In this document: positions 38,620 to 47,002 of the stretch, in pieces
How the letters are laid out: every line of letters begins with the position of its first letter
Numbering within the stretch: position 1 is the stretch's first letter
Assembly: GCA_027456965.1 (NCBI GenBank)
Contig: DAIDUA010000034.1
Span: forward strand, 1 to 59,493
DNA length: 59,493 nucleotides
Direction of reading: 5' to 3'
DNA from: Alphaproteobacteria bacterium
Lineage (GTDB): Bacteria; Pseudomonadota; Alphaproteobacteria; Micropepsales; Micropepsaceae
Program-made: the position numbers and the translations under genes
The notes under the pieces: generated by a model
What the model was told of the DNA's origin: nothing
The model's input: the letters and a program-made list of their open reading frames with translations, nothing else
Database searches by the model: none

Positions 38620-39891
38620 TCACGCGGCAAAGCGTTCGAGCGCCGACCGCAAGTCGCCGTGGGACTTCGCGTAGTCGGCAAGAGGGATGCCAGCAACCGC
38701 GGCATCCCAGGCCTCGCGCAAGCTGCGCACCCCGGCGGCAATACCTTTTGGATGTGCCATGATGCCGCCGCCGCAAGCGAAGATCAGGTCCGTCGAACCG
38801 AGGGCGCGGAAGGTGTCGGCCGCCTGCCGTACGGTCTGACCCGACGAAAACACCGGCATGACCTCGCAACCCCGCCCGGCCGCATCGAACATCGGCGTCA
38901 GACATTCCTTCGCGGACGCTATGACGGAAGCATCGTCTTCGCAGAACTTGTTGCGCAGGCCATTGACATGCGTGTGATCTATCCCCGCCAGACGCCAGAA
39001 TTTCTGGAAGGCGACGAAGCTCATGCCGATAGCCGGCGAGCGCCCGAACATACCCCAGCCGTTGCGATGCCCATGGATCGCAAGTCGCGAATGCTTCCGC
39101 AGCACTTTGAGCGCCGGCAGGCCGATGCTGTTCATACTGATCATGATGCATGTGCCGCCTTCGCGAGCCACCAGATCGTGCCGATAGAGCATTTCATCCA
39201 CTTCGCCGGTGATATTGGCCGCGTACATCACCTTCTTGCCCGTACGCTCGGCGTGCACTCGCAGGACGCGCATGACGGCCGGTACACGCGACGCGAAGGG
39301 GCAGTGCGGCCCGTCGGCCTGCAACTCGTCATCCTTGATGAAGTCTATCCCCGCCTCTGCGAGAATGCGCACGCGTTCCGCCGTCTCTTCCGGAGAAAGC
39401 CCGACGCTTGGCTTGATGATGGTCCCCAGCAAGACACCCTTGGGAACACCGCACAAACGGCGCGTGCCGACGACGCCGAACTGCGGCCCCTGATACGCAT
39501 CGAGAAACGCCGACGGCAATTTCACGTCAAGCAATTTCAGACCCGAGAACGCCTTCAACTCCCAGAGATTGCCCGCAATGGTGGCGAGCAGATTGGGAAG
39601 AGATGGCCCCATATTGTCCAGCGACCAAGAGAACGTCACTTCTGCCGTATGTCTTTGACCGTCCCAGGCCTTCGGCAACCCGGAGCCGGGCAGCGAAGGC
39701 TCATCAGCATTGGCGAGTTCAACGATCCTTTCGACACGTGCGGCGCAACGTGAGCGTAACGCGTCCGTTTCTCCAGGGACGGAAACAAAAGTACCCGTGG
39801 ATTGTTCGCCAGCGATCGAGGCTGCGGCAAGCTCCAGAGGATAGGCCGTTTCGATCCAATACCGCGCTTCAATCCTGTTCGTCATGGTCAC
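38620..39891 (-). CDS. RuBisCO-like protein (form IV), OiaX/OiaT-like
   Basis: AGEQSTGTF, GTIIKPSVGL, carbamylation motif GIDFIKDDEL, HGHRNG, PVFSSGQ, GGGIMAHP.G; no small subunit or PRK nearby. Confidence 0.92.
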   Translation of the reverse strand: MTMTNRIEARYWIETAYPLELAAASIAGEQSTGTFVSVPGETDALRSRCAARVERIVELANADEPSLPGSGLPKAWDGQRHTAEVTFSWSLDNMGPSLPNLLATIAGNLWELKAFSGLKLLDVKLPSAFLDAYQGPQFGVVGTRRLCGVPKGVLLGTIIKPSVGLSPEETAERVRILAEAGIDFIKDDELQADGPHCPFASRVPAVMRVLRVHAERTGKKVMYAANITGEVDEMLYRHDLVAREGGTCIMISMNSIGLPALKVLRKHSRLAIHGHRNGWGMFGRSPAIGMSFVAFQKFWRLAGIDHTHVNGLRNKFCEDDASVIASAKECLTPMFDAAGRGCEVMPVFSSGQTVRQAADTFRALGSTDLIFACGGGIMAHPKGIAAGVRSLREAWDAAVAGIPLADYAKSHGDLRSALERFAA

Positions 39892-41696
39892 GTCTGCTGA
39901 AAATACGTGTCGTAATCTTCATCTTGCACTTGATAGAACGGCACAAAGACAAGGTCCCTACTCGACTCGGACTGCGTGTAGGTCTGCTGCGATCGCGACA
40001 GGCGCGACAATCCCAAGGGATTGGGCAACACCGTCATTGCCTGCTCCGACGTCTGATTGAGCGAGACATACATCACCGGTCCCTTCATTAGGGCAACCGT
40101 ATCCTTATGAAGTTCGTCGATCGGTTCCGTGCGAAAGACCTGCGGCAACCGCAGTTCGATATGGTCACCGGTCCTCCAGGTACGATGAATCGCTACAAAG
40201 CTTCCTGGCCTGGCAGCTACTTCGAACGGCCGCCCGTTCACGAGGATATTTGGTGAACCTTCGACCCATCCCGGGACTCGCAGATGGAGCGTGAACGCCA
40301 CCGCTGAACGGGTTGTCAGACGCAAGACGATCTTGTCATCCGCCGGATAATTCGTTTCTTGAACCAGCCGTACCGAGGTCCCCTGCACGTCCCATCGCAC
40401 CTCCGATGGCGTGAACATGTTTACATAAAGATTACCTGCCGAATGAAAATAGAGATTGAGAACATAATCTGCCACGCCCTGCACCAATGTTCCGGAACAA
40501 CACGGCCACTTTTGCGGATAGAATTCCTTGCGCGCATCCGCACTGTATGTGGAGTAATATGGATACCCGCCGTCACCGTCTGGGTACTTCGTACCAAGAA
40601 TGGTGTTGTAGACGACCCGTTCGAGTCCGTCGCCATAGCGCGCGTCGCCGGTGACACGCAGCAGATAACGGGCGAATTTCATGCTCGCATAACTGCCGCA
40701 GGGCGTCTCAAAATGCGCTTTGGTGTTGAACAGGCTATCGTAGAGCGCGCCTAGATGCGGGCTGACAAGCATTTCGTCGGGCCCCCAGCCGCCAGACGCG
40801 TAACGCTGCAACTCCAGAAAGCGCCATGCGTTCACGAGAGCCGCCTTGTACTTTCTGTCGCCGAGCGTCAGATATGCTTTGCCCGCCGAGCTCAGGGCCA
40901 TAACGTGACTGTAGGCATGTTTGCCCGGCAAGACGTCCTCGCCTCGCGCCAGCGGGTCGAAGTATTCCTCATCCAGAAGGTACTTCACTGCCATATCGTG
41001 GAACTGGCGATTCCCAGTTATTTCCGAAGCGATAAAGAGGTTCTCTGGAAGAATGTAAGTCTCGTCGTAAGGTGGGTCTTTTTTGCCGATACGGTCGCGG
41101 CTTACCGGCGAAATAAACGGCTTGGCGCCGTCGATGACGCGCGGCAGAAGGGTCTTGGCTTTATCGACACCGCTCAGCCGGTAGGCGTCGATGAGGCCTA
41201 TCTCATGCTTGTCTAGAATGTATGCCGGCCATACTTTTTCCGCGTTTGGCCCGGCGTACGGATTGGGATTGCGGTCAAGCGCAGCGCCGAACCCGTCCAC
41301 CAGCGCGTGGACCTTTTCGTGGCAGGCTGCGTCGCCTGTGCAGCTGCCAAGACGCGCCAGACCGGAGACGTATTGTCCCAATGAGTGCCCCGGGACAAAT
41401 CCATCTGTGTCGTACCAGCCCCCCATATCCTTGCCCGGTGCATCGAGCTCGGCATGCTGGCGATAGACTTTCAGCAGACGATTATTGTCGAGCGAAAGAT
41501 AATGCGCGTGGATTCGGTCGTAGTGACCCTTCAACGGGCCGCCGGTCAATCGCACATCGCGATAGGCGAATTCATGCATCACCTCCGTAGATGAACTCGC
41601 ATCGCCCGCAAGGCTTTGAAGAGAGAGAGCTCTGCCAAGGGCCGTCGCATAAGCGGCGTTTTTCAAAAGCAGGCGGCGCGAAAAGTCCAGCGACAT
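39888..41696 (-). CDS. GH127/GH146-like (DUF1680) cysteine glycosidase (Tat signal)
   Basis: SRRLLLK Tat motif; RLL..YR....L.APG..MGGW, GH.LGQY.S.LA, HAYSH, ETPC.SY, ER..YN.ILG, WPCC.GT; stop overlaps the RLP start. Confidence 0.85.
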   Translation of the reverse strand: MSLDFSRRLLLKNAAYATALGRALSLQSLAGDASSSTEVMHEFAYRDVRLTGGPLKGHYDRIHAHYLSLDNNRLLKVYRQHAELDAPGKDMGGWYDTDGFVPGHSLGQYVSGLARLGSCTGDAACHEKVHALVDGFGAALDRNPNPYAGPNAEKVWPAYILDKHEIGLIDAYRLSGVDKAKTLLPRVIDGAKPFISPVSRDRIGKKDPPYDETYILPENLFIASEITGNRQFHDMAVKYLLDEEYFDPLARGEDVLPGKHAYSHVMALSSAGKAYLTLGDRKYKAALVNAWRFLELQRYASGGWGPDEMLVSPHLGALYDSLFNTKAHFETPCGSYASMKFARYLLRVTGDARYGDGLERVVYNTILGTKYPDGDGGYPYYSTYSADARKEFYPQKWPCCSGTLVQGVADYVLNLYFHSAGNLYVNMFTPSEVRWDVQGTSVRLVQETNYPADDKIVLRLTTRSAVAFTLHLRVPGWVEGSPNILVNGRPFEVAARPGSFVAIHRTWRTGDHIELRLPQVFRTEPIDELHKDTVALMKGPVMYVSLNQTSEQAMTVLPNPLGLSRLSRSQQTYTQSESSRDLVFVPFYQVQDEDYDTYFQQT

Positions 41697-41774
41697 ACTT
41701 CCACTCTTCTCAACCTTGGGATCATCGGGCGGAAACGGTCGCGGGAGAGTGACATAACAATGTGAGATTTTCTA

Positions 41775-41785
41775 CCATAATATGG
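41775..41785. promoter_or_regulatory. Perfect palindrome CCATA-A-TATGG, candidate IclR operator
   Basis: About 80 bp upstream of the GH127-like start; a related half-match TAACAATGTGA lies at 41755-41765. Confidence 0.5.
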
Positions 41786-41833
41786 AATTATGCTGATTGA
41801 CGCGATGTCCGGCCGTCGCATACGAACAACGCA

Positions 41834-43024
41834 TCATGTGCGGCGCTCCAGGCCGAATTCCTTGCGGATTTTCGCCGTGTGCTCTCCGACCTTCGGCGCC
41901 GCGACCGCCGTCGCGGACCGCTGGCCATTAATGCGAATCGGGCTGCGCGTGGCCGTCAATCGCGTACCGTCGTTTCCAACAATCGTATTGAGCATATCGA
42001 GGCGCCGGAACGCCTCGCTGACAAGCAGATCCGACCAACCAAGCACCGGAGCGCACCAGACGCCGGCAGGCTGAAGGAGCGACAACCATGCCGCCGTCGG
42101 CTTCTGCAGGAGTCTATCGGCGATCATGCGCTTGATCTCGTCTCGCCGCGCAAAGGAGGCCTGCGGATTACGCACCATCTGCGCCAAGCCCGGTAGATCG
42201 ATAAGACCCGCGAGATGCTCTAGCGAGACCATGGCCAAGGCGATATGGCCATTCTGCGTCTCATAGACGCCATAGGGTGCGGCCAAATAAGCATGCGCAT
42301 TGTTGAACGCAGAACGCCTGGGCGGGCGCCCCTTATCGTTCAGATGAGTCGATAAAACTTCGAATTGAAAGTCGACAATTGCCTCCAAGAGGCTCGTCTG
42401 AACATGCGCGCCTTCACCGGTGACGCCGCGACGCACCAACGCAGCCAGAATGCCCTCCAGCACAATGTGGCCTGCCAGCATGTCGGCGATCGACAAACCA
42501 ACGGGAACCGGGCCATCCGCGTCGCTGCCATTGAGCCACATTACGCCAGACAGCGCCTGGGCCAACAAGTCCTGCCCAGGCCAATCCGCCCAAGGGCCAG
42601 TTTCCCCGTAGCCGGATATGCTCGCGTACACAACGCGCGGATTGACACTGTGCGCGGCCATGTGATCGAGTCCGAGCCGTTCAGCGACGCCGGGCCGAAA
42701 ATTCTGGATCACCACGTCGGCACGAGCAAAAAGCTGCAAGGCCGCCTCCACGCCTTCTTGCGTCTTCAGATCGGCAGCAAAACTTTCCTTATTGCGATTA
42801 ATTGCGTGAAAGAGTGTCGAGTCGCCGCCCATATCGGTATTCGTCAGATAAAGCTGACGACAGATATCCCCCGTTCCCGGCCGTTCGATCTTGATCACGC
42901 GCGCGCCGAGATCGCCCAGACGTAGCGCCGCGGACGGCCCGGATAGAAATTGTGCCATGTCGATGACGAGCAATCCGGAAAGTGGGCGGATATCCGGTGG
43001 AGAATTGCGGCCTGTTTCGGTCAT
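41834..43024 (-). CDS. Family III CoA-transferase (CaiB/BaiF)
   Basis: PLSG..VID..QFL.GP, LGDLGA.VIKIERP..GD, NRNK.S...DLK, NFRPG, SISGYG..GP, catalytic Asp in SIADMLAG. Confidence 0.92.
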   Translation of the reverse strand: MTETGRNSPPDIRPLSGLLVIDMAQFLSGPSAALRLGDLGARVIKIERPGTGDICRQLYLTNTDMGGDSTLFHAINRNKESFAADLKTQEGVEAALQLFARADVVIQNFRPGVAERLGLDHMAAHSVNPRVVYASISGYGETGPWADWPGQDLLAQALSGVMWLNGSDADGPVPVGLSIADMLAGHIVLEGILAALVRRGVTGEGAHVQTSLLEAIVDFQFEVLSTHLNDKGRPPRRSAFNNAHAYLAAPYGVYETQNGHIALAMVSLEHLAGLIDLPGLAQMVRNPQASFARRDEIKRMIADRLLQKPTAAWLSLLQPAGVWCAPVLGWSDLLVSEAFRRLDMLNTIVGNDGTRLTATRSPIRINGQRSATAVAAPKVGEHTAKIRKEFGLERRT

Positions 43025-44166
43025 GACGGCAGTGTTTCACGAAAGAGATCGTTCAAGCGCGCTATCAGCGTCCGTGGTGAAGCGTTGATTTGAAGCGCGG
43101 CATTGAGTTCCTGCGATGCGACGTCTTGAAATCGCATATATCCGTCGTGACGCGGGCGAACCCATGCTCCCTCCAACGTCGCACGGGTTGCCCGATAAAA
43201 GTCCAAGACGGGACCATTCACCTCGGAGTCGTTCCATGCCACATCATGGCCAGGTTGCCCACCCGCAGCGGCGTAGGGACCGCGCTGTGTATCCGCACCT
43301 GCGAGCCAAAACGCGAAGTCCATTGCGGCATCGGCGAACGACGAGTTGGAGGACACGGCAATTCCAGTTCCGCCAAGCGCCGAGCCGCGGCGTCCGACTT
43401 TGTCCTCTACGACAAGAATATCGGCAAAGGCGATGCGATGCGGGCGGAATCCGGCTTTTGCATAGCTTACGTAACCATAAATCAACGGCGCACACGCGAC
43501 CGCCGATCCGTCCTGTGCCATTTCGTCGAAGACGGCTATCGGATCCTGTGAAAAAGCCGCGGGGTCGAGGCATGAACATAGTTCGCGCATCATCGCGAAC
43601 GCGCGAGCGCCGGTTTCGGCGTCGATGTGGTCCAGCCCCTCGACCCGGCATGATCGCCCCAATTGCCCGCACAGCGTATAGAACGACATCAGCGAATGTG
43701 GCGGCCGCAATGGCCAGCCTACACATCCCTTTTCTGCGAGCAGGACAATCTCCCGCCAGGTTCTAAGCGGTGCGGCCAGCTTATCGGGTCGCCATGCCTG
43801 GACTTGCGATGCGGCATCGATCGGCAGCGCCCATTGGCGGCCAGCCCAGCGATAACTCTCAAAGGACGGCCCGATCGACGCTTTTTGCAGCGCGTAAAGC
43901 GCATCTTGCCGCTCTTCCTGATCCATAGGCAGCAGGCAATGCTCATCAGTCACGCGCCCCATATGCGGGTGATCGACGACAATAAGGTCGTACTGCTCCG
44001 CAAGCCGTTTTATCGGAAAAGACTCGAAGTCCTGCAGGGAGCGGCGGTCCCATCGGACTTCAACGCCCGATTGCGCACGCCAGATTTTCGAGCAGGCAAG
44101 CAACGGATCGAAACCGCGTGGGTGGTCCCATGTCATGCCCCGCAGCGTGGCCACAGCTTTCGTCAT
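43021..44166 (-). CDS. Family 1 solute-binding-fold protein lacking a signal peptide
   Basis: LRGMTWDHPRG, YDLIVVDHP, WALPIDAA.Q, LGGTGIAVS; begins directly with a beta-strand; GAGGA RBS; stop overlaps the CoA-transferase start. Confidence 0.8.
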   Translation of the reverse strand: MTKAVATLRGMTWDHPRGFDPLLACSKIWRAQSGVEVRWDRRSLQDFESFPIKRLAEQYDLIVVDHPHMGRVTDEHCLLPMDQEERQDALYALQKASIGPSFESYRWAGRQWALPIDAASQVQAWRPDKLAAPLRTWREIVLLAEKGCVGWPLRPPHSLMSFYTLCGQLGRSCRVEGLDHIDAETGARAFAMMRELCSCLDPAAFSQDPIAVFDEMAQDGSAVACAPLIYGYVSYAKAGFRPHRIAFADILVVEDKVGRRGSALGGTGIAVSSNSSFADAAMDFAFWLAGADTQRGPYAAAGGQPGHDVAWNDSEVNGPVLDFYRATRATLEGAWVRPRHDGYMRFQDVASQELNAALQINASPRTLIARLNDLFRETLPS

Positions 44167-44279
44167 GCTCGTCCTCAACTGCGCAACGACCGATGTCCGC
44201 GCGCGACCGACCGGCGACGCCCGCGGCACAGGGGCGGGAGAAAACAATTTGTTGACACCGTTTGTCAACAAACATAGCG

Positions 44280-44291
44280 TTCATATATAAA
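44280..44291. promoter_or_regulatory. Near-palindrome TTCATATATAAA in a divergent promoter, candidate operator for the second IclR
   Basis: AT-rich patch between the divergent SBP-like and CoA-transferase genes; one mismatch from TTCATATATGAA. Confidence 0.35.
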
Positions 44292-44315
44292 TACAATAAG
44301 AAATGGGAAACGAGG

Positions 44316-45524
44316 ATGAGGGCACAGCGCGAAGACCGCGCCCCAGCAGCATCGTCCGCACGACAGCCTCTCGAAGGGCTGATTGTGCTGGATTTCAGCC
44401 AATTTCTGGCCGGGCCTTCCTGCGCATTGCGGCTGGCAGATCTTGGCGCTGACGTCATAAAGATCGAACGGCCGTCCGGCGGGGACGCCTGCCGCCAACT
44501 TTTCATCGCGGATCAATCGTTGGACGGAACGAGCGCCCTCTTCCACACGATCAACCGCAATAAAAGAAGTTTTGCCGCGGATCTGAAAAATCCGCAGGAT
44601 TTGGCGCGCGTCAAAGCCCTCATCGCCCAAGCGGATGTGATGATCCACAATTTCCGACCGGGTGTGATGGAACGCCTCGGGCTCGGGTTCGATGTCCTGG
44701 AAACAGCCAACCCAAGGCTGATCTACGCGGCGATTACCGGGTTTGGATCAGACGGCCCATGGCGCGACAAACCAGGGCAGGATCTTCTCGTCCAAGCACT
44801 ATCTGGCATAACTTGGCTGTCAGGAAATGGCTCCCAAGGGCCTGTCCCGGTAGGCATGTCGATAACGGACATGGCGGCCGGCGCCCATCTCTGCCAAGGC
44901 ATCTTGGCCATGCTCGTTCGCCGTGCCGCAACAGGGCGTGGCGGACGTGTTGAAATCAGTCTGTTCGAGTCTGCCGTCGACCTGCAATTTGAACAGTTTT
45001 CCGCGTTCTTGAATAGTCAACGGATCCAGCCGACCCGCGGAGAAATCGCCGGCGCCAATGTGTATCTCGGCGCGCCGTACGGCGTTTATGCAACCGCGGA
45101 TGGTCATATTGCACTTGCAATGGTCGCCATCCCGCGTCTGCGGCAGCTTTTGGGTTGTGACGAGTTGGCCGCCTACGACGACCCGGCAACATGGTTTCGG
45201 GATCGCGATGCGATCAAGGCGATCATTGCGACACACCTTATGAAAAACGACACCGCGCACTGGCTCAGGCTCCTCGATCCCGCCGACGTATGGGCTGCGC
45301 AGGTGCTCGACTGGCCTAGTCTGCTTCAGCAGGACGGCTACGCAGCCCTCCAACTGACGCAGGAGGTACGCAATTCCCAGGGGAATGAAATGCTGACCAC
45401 GCGTTGTCCGATACGCATAGACGGCAGCATTCTCGGCTCGAGTCGTGGCGCGCCCCTTCTTGGAGCAGATACCGAGGAGATCATTCGCGCCTTCAATCTC
45501 ACGGGCGGAGGGGCGGATATATGA
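44316..45524 (+). CDS. Family III CoA-transferase (CaiB/BaiF), second paralogue
   Basis: [37 protein letters not shown]...DLK, NFRPG, catalytic Asp in SITDMAAG. Confidence 0.92.
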   Translation: MRAQREDRAPAASSARQPLEGLIVLDFSQFLAGPSCALRLADLGADVIKIERPSGGDACRQLFIADQSLDGTSALFHTINRNKRSFAADLKNPQDLARVKALIAQADVMIHNFRPGVMERLGLGFDVLETANPRLIYAAITGFGSDGPWRDKPGQDLLVQALSGITWLSGNGSQGPVPVGMSITDMAAGAHLCQGILAMLVRRAATGRGGRVEISLFESAVDLQFEQFSAFLNSQRIQPTRGEIAGANVYLGAPYGVYATADGHIALAMVAIPRLRQLLGCDELAAYDDPATWFRDRDAIKAIIATHLMKNDTAHWLRLLDPADVWAAQVLDWPSLLQQDGYAALQLTQEVRNSQGNEMLTTRCPIRIDGSILGSSRGAPLLGADTEEIIRAFNLTGGGADI

Positions 45525-45985
45525 TCGTTCCGCAATTTTTTGAGGATTATGAAATCGGATTCAGCCGCACGACTTTCGGCCGCACGGTTACAGAGGCCGA
45601 CATCGTGACGCACGCTGGTCAGACAGGCGACTTTTTCCCGCACCACATGGATGCCGAGTGGTGCGCAAAACAAGACTTCAAGCGCCGCATGGCGCATGGC
45701 ACGCTGATCTTGAGCATCGGCATTGGCATGACCGCGTCGACGATAAATCCGCACGCGATGTCTTATGGCTATGACCGCTTGCGTTTCATTCGGCCGGTCT
45801 TCATCGACGACACGATAACAACCGTTGCGACAATATCCGATAAACGCGATCACCAGAGGCGGCAAACGCACGGCATCGTCATAGAAGACATCCTGATAAC
45901 CAACCAGACACAGGAGCCGGTGCTGGCGTGTCAGCATCTCTATCTCGTCGAACGCAAACATACGGCCACGCCCACGAAGGCTTGA
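45521..45985 (+). CDS. MaoC-family (hot-dog fold) dehydratase
   Basis: [14 protein letters not shown]...A..TGDF.P.H.D, AHG.L, YG.D.LRF..PVF..DT; ATG overlaps the upstream stop. Confidence 0.9.
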   Translation: MIVPQFFEDYEIGFSRTTFGRTVTEADIVTHAGQTGDFFPHHMDAEWCAKQDFKRRMAHGTLILSIGIGMTASTINPHAMSYGYDRLRFIRPVFIDDTITTVATISDKRDHQRRQTHGIVIEDILITNQTQEPVLACQHLYLVERKHTATPTKA

Positions 45986-46026
45986 TGCGCGGCACGATAC
46001 ACTAGAAGGCGGCAGGAGGCATCTCG

Positions 46027-46989
46027 ATGGCACGGATGGCGGCAAGTGTTGCAGCGGCGTATCTCATCAGCGTGCTGGCGCTGTCTCCTGCATATGCGGG
46101 CAAGATAACGGTGGGATTGTCGAGCGTCGGGCTCAGTTATCCCTTCGCCGCCGCCATCGCGAAGGGATTTCGGGACGCCGCCACTAGGGTCGGTGCGAAC
46201 GCCATTGTGCTCGATGCCCAAGGCAGTGTGCAGAAGCAGGCAGACGACATTCAGGATTTGATCGGCGAGAAGGTCAACGGCATCGTATTGATGCCACTCG
46301 ATTCCGTCGTGGCGAAAAGCTGGGTGAATCGCGCTGTAGCCGCGGGTATTCCCGTGGTGGCCGTCGCTTCTCAAATCGGCAATCCGAGAACACGCCCGCT
46401 GCGCGACGTCTATCCCAAACTCACCGCCTTGGTGACACAGGACGAGGTGGCGGCGGGAGTTGAGGCGGGTCGCGTCGCACTCACACTACTCCCGAGAGGG
46501 AAGCCGGCAGAAATTGCCATCATCGAGGGCGCCGCCGGCTTCCCGGAAGTACTCCAGCGCGCGCAGGGCTTCAAACAAGCGCTCGACACCGCCCATGTCC
46601 AATACCGCGTTGTGGCATCCCAGCCCGGCGACTGGACACCAGAAAAGGCCGATGCGGCATGCCAGAACATTCTCGCCGCACACCCGAATGTCGATCTCTT
46701 CTTCAACGAATCCGATGATATGGCAGTCGGCTGTGCGCGGGCCGTTCGCGCCGCCGGTTCGCACGCCAAGCTGATCGGGATCGGCGGTTCGAAGCTGGCG
46801 ATTGCGGCCATCAAAGCCGGTCTGGTCGACGGAACCGTCTGCTACAGGCCGGAGACGTTGGGCGCGATGGCCTTTAACGCACTTTATTCCCACATCACGC
46901 AGAAAAAGAAGGCGCCGGCCGCGTTTCTCACCTACCGATCGCCAGGCGTCACTCGCGCAGACGTCAACCAATGTGTCGGACAATGGTGA
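46027..46989 (+). CDS. Sugar ABC transporter substrate-binding protein (RbsB/CUT2 type)
   Basis: Signal peptide ending PAYA; DAQGS..KQ..DI.DLI, R..GF, QPGDW, D.MA.G. Confidence 0.9.
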   Translation: MARMAASVAAAYLISVLALSPAYAGKITVGLSSVGLSYPFAAAIAKGFRDAATRVGANAIVLDAQGSVQKQADDIQDLIGEKVNGIVLMPLDSVVAKSWVNRAVAAGIPVVAVASQIGNPRTRPLRDVYPKLTALVTQDEVAAGVEAGRVALTLLPRGKPAEIAIIEGAAGFPEVLQRAQGFKQALDTAHVQYRVVASQPGDWTPEKADAACQNILAAHPNVDLFFNESDDMAVGCARAVRAAGSHAKLIGIGGSKLAIAAIKAGLVDGTVCYRPETLGAMAFNALYSHITQKKKAPAAFLTYRSPGVTRADVNQCVGQW

Positions 46990-47002
46990 CAGCGAAGTGT
47001 CG

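Noticed and set aside
38620-39891. Bona fide CO2-fixing RuBisCO or methionine-salvage RLP
   Set aside because: No cbbS, PRK or mtn genes; the motif pattern and DUF1537 partner fit the sugar-acid catabolic RLP clade.
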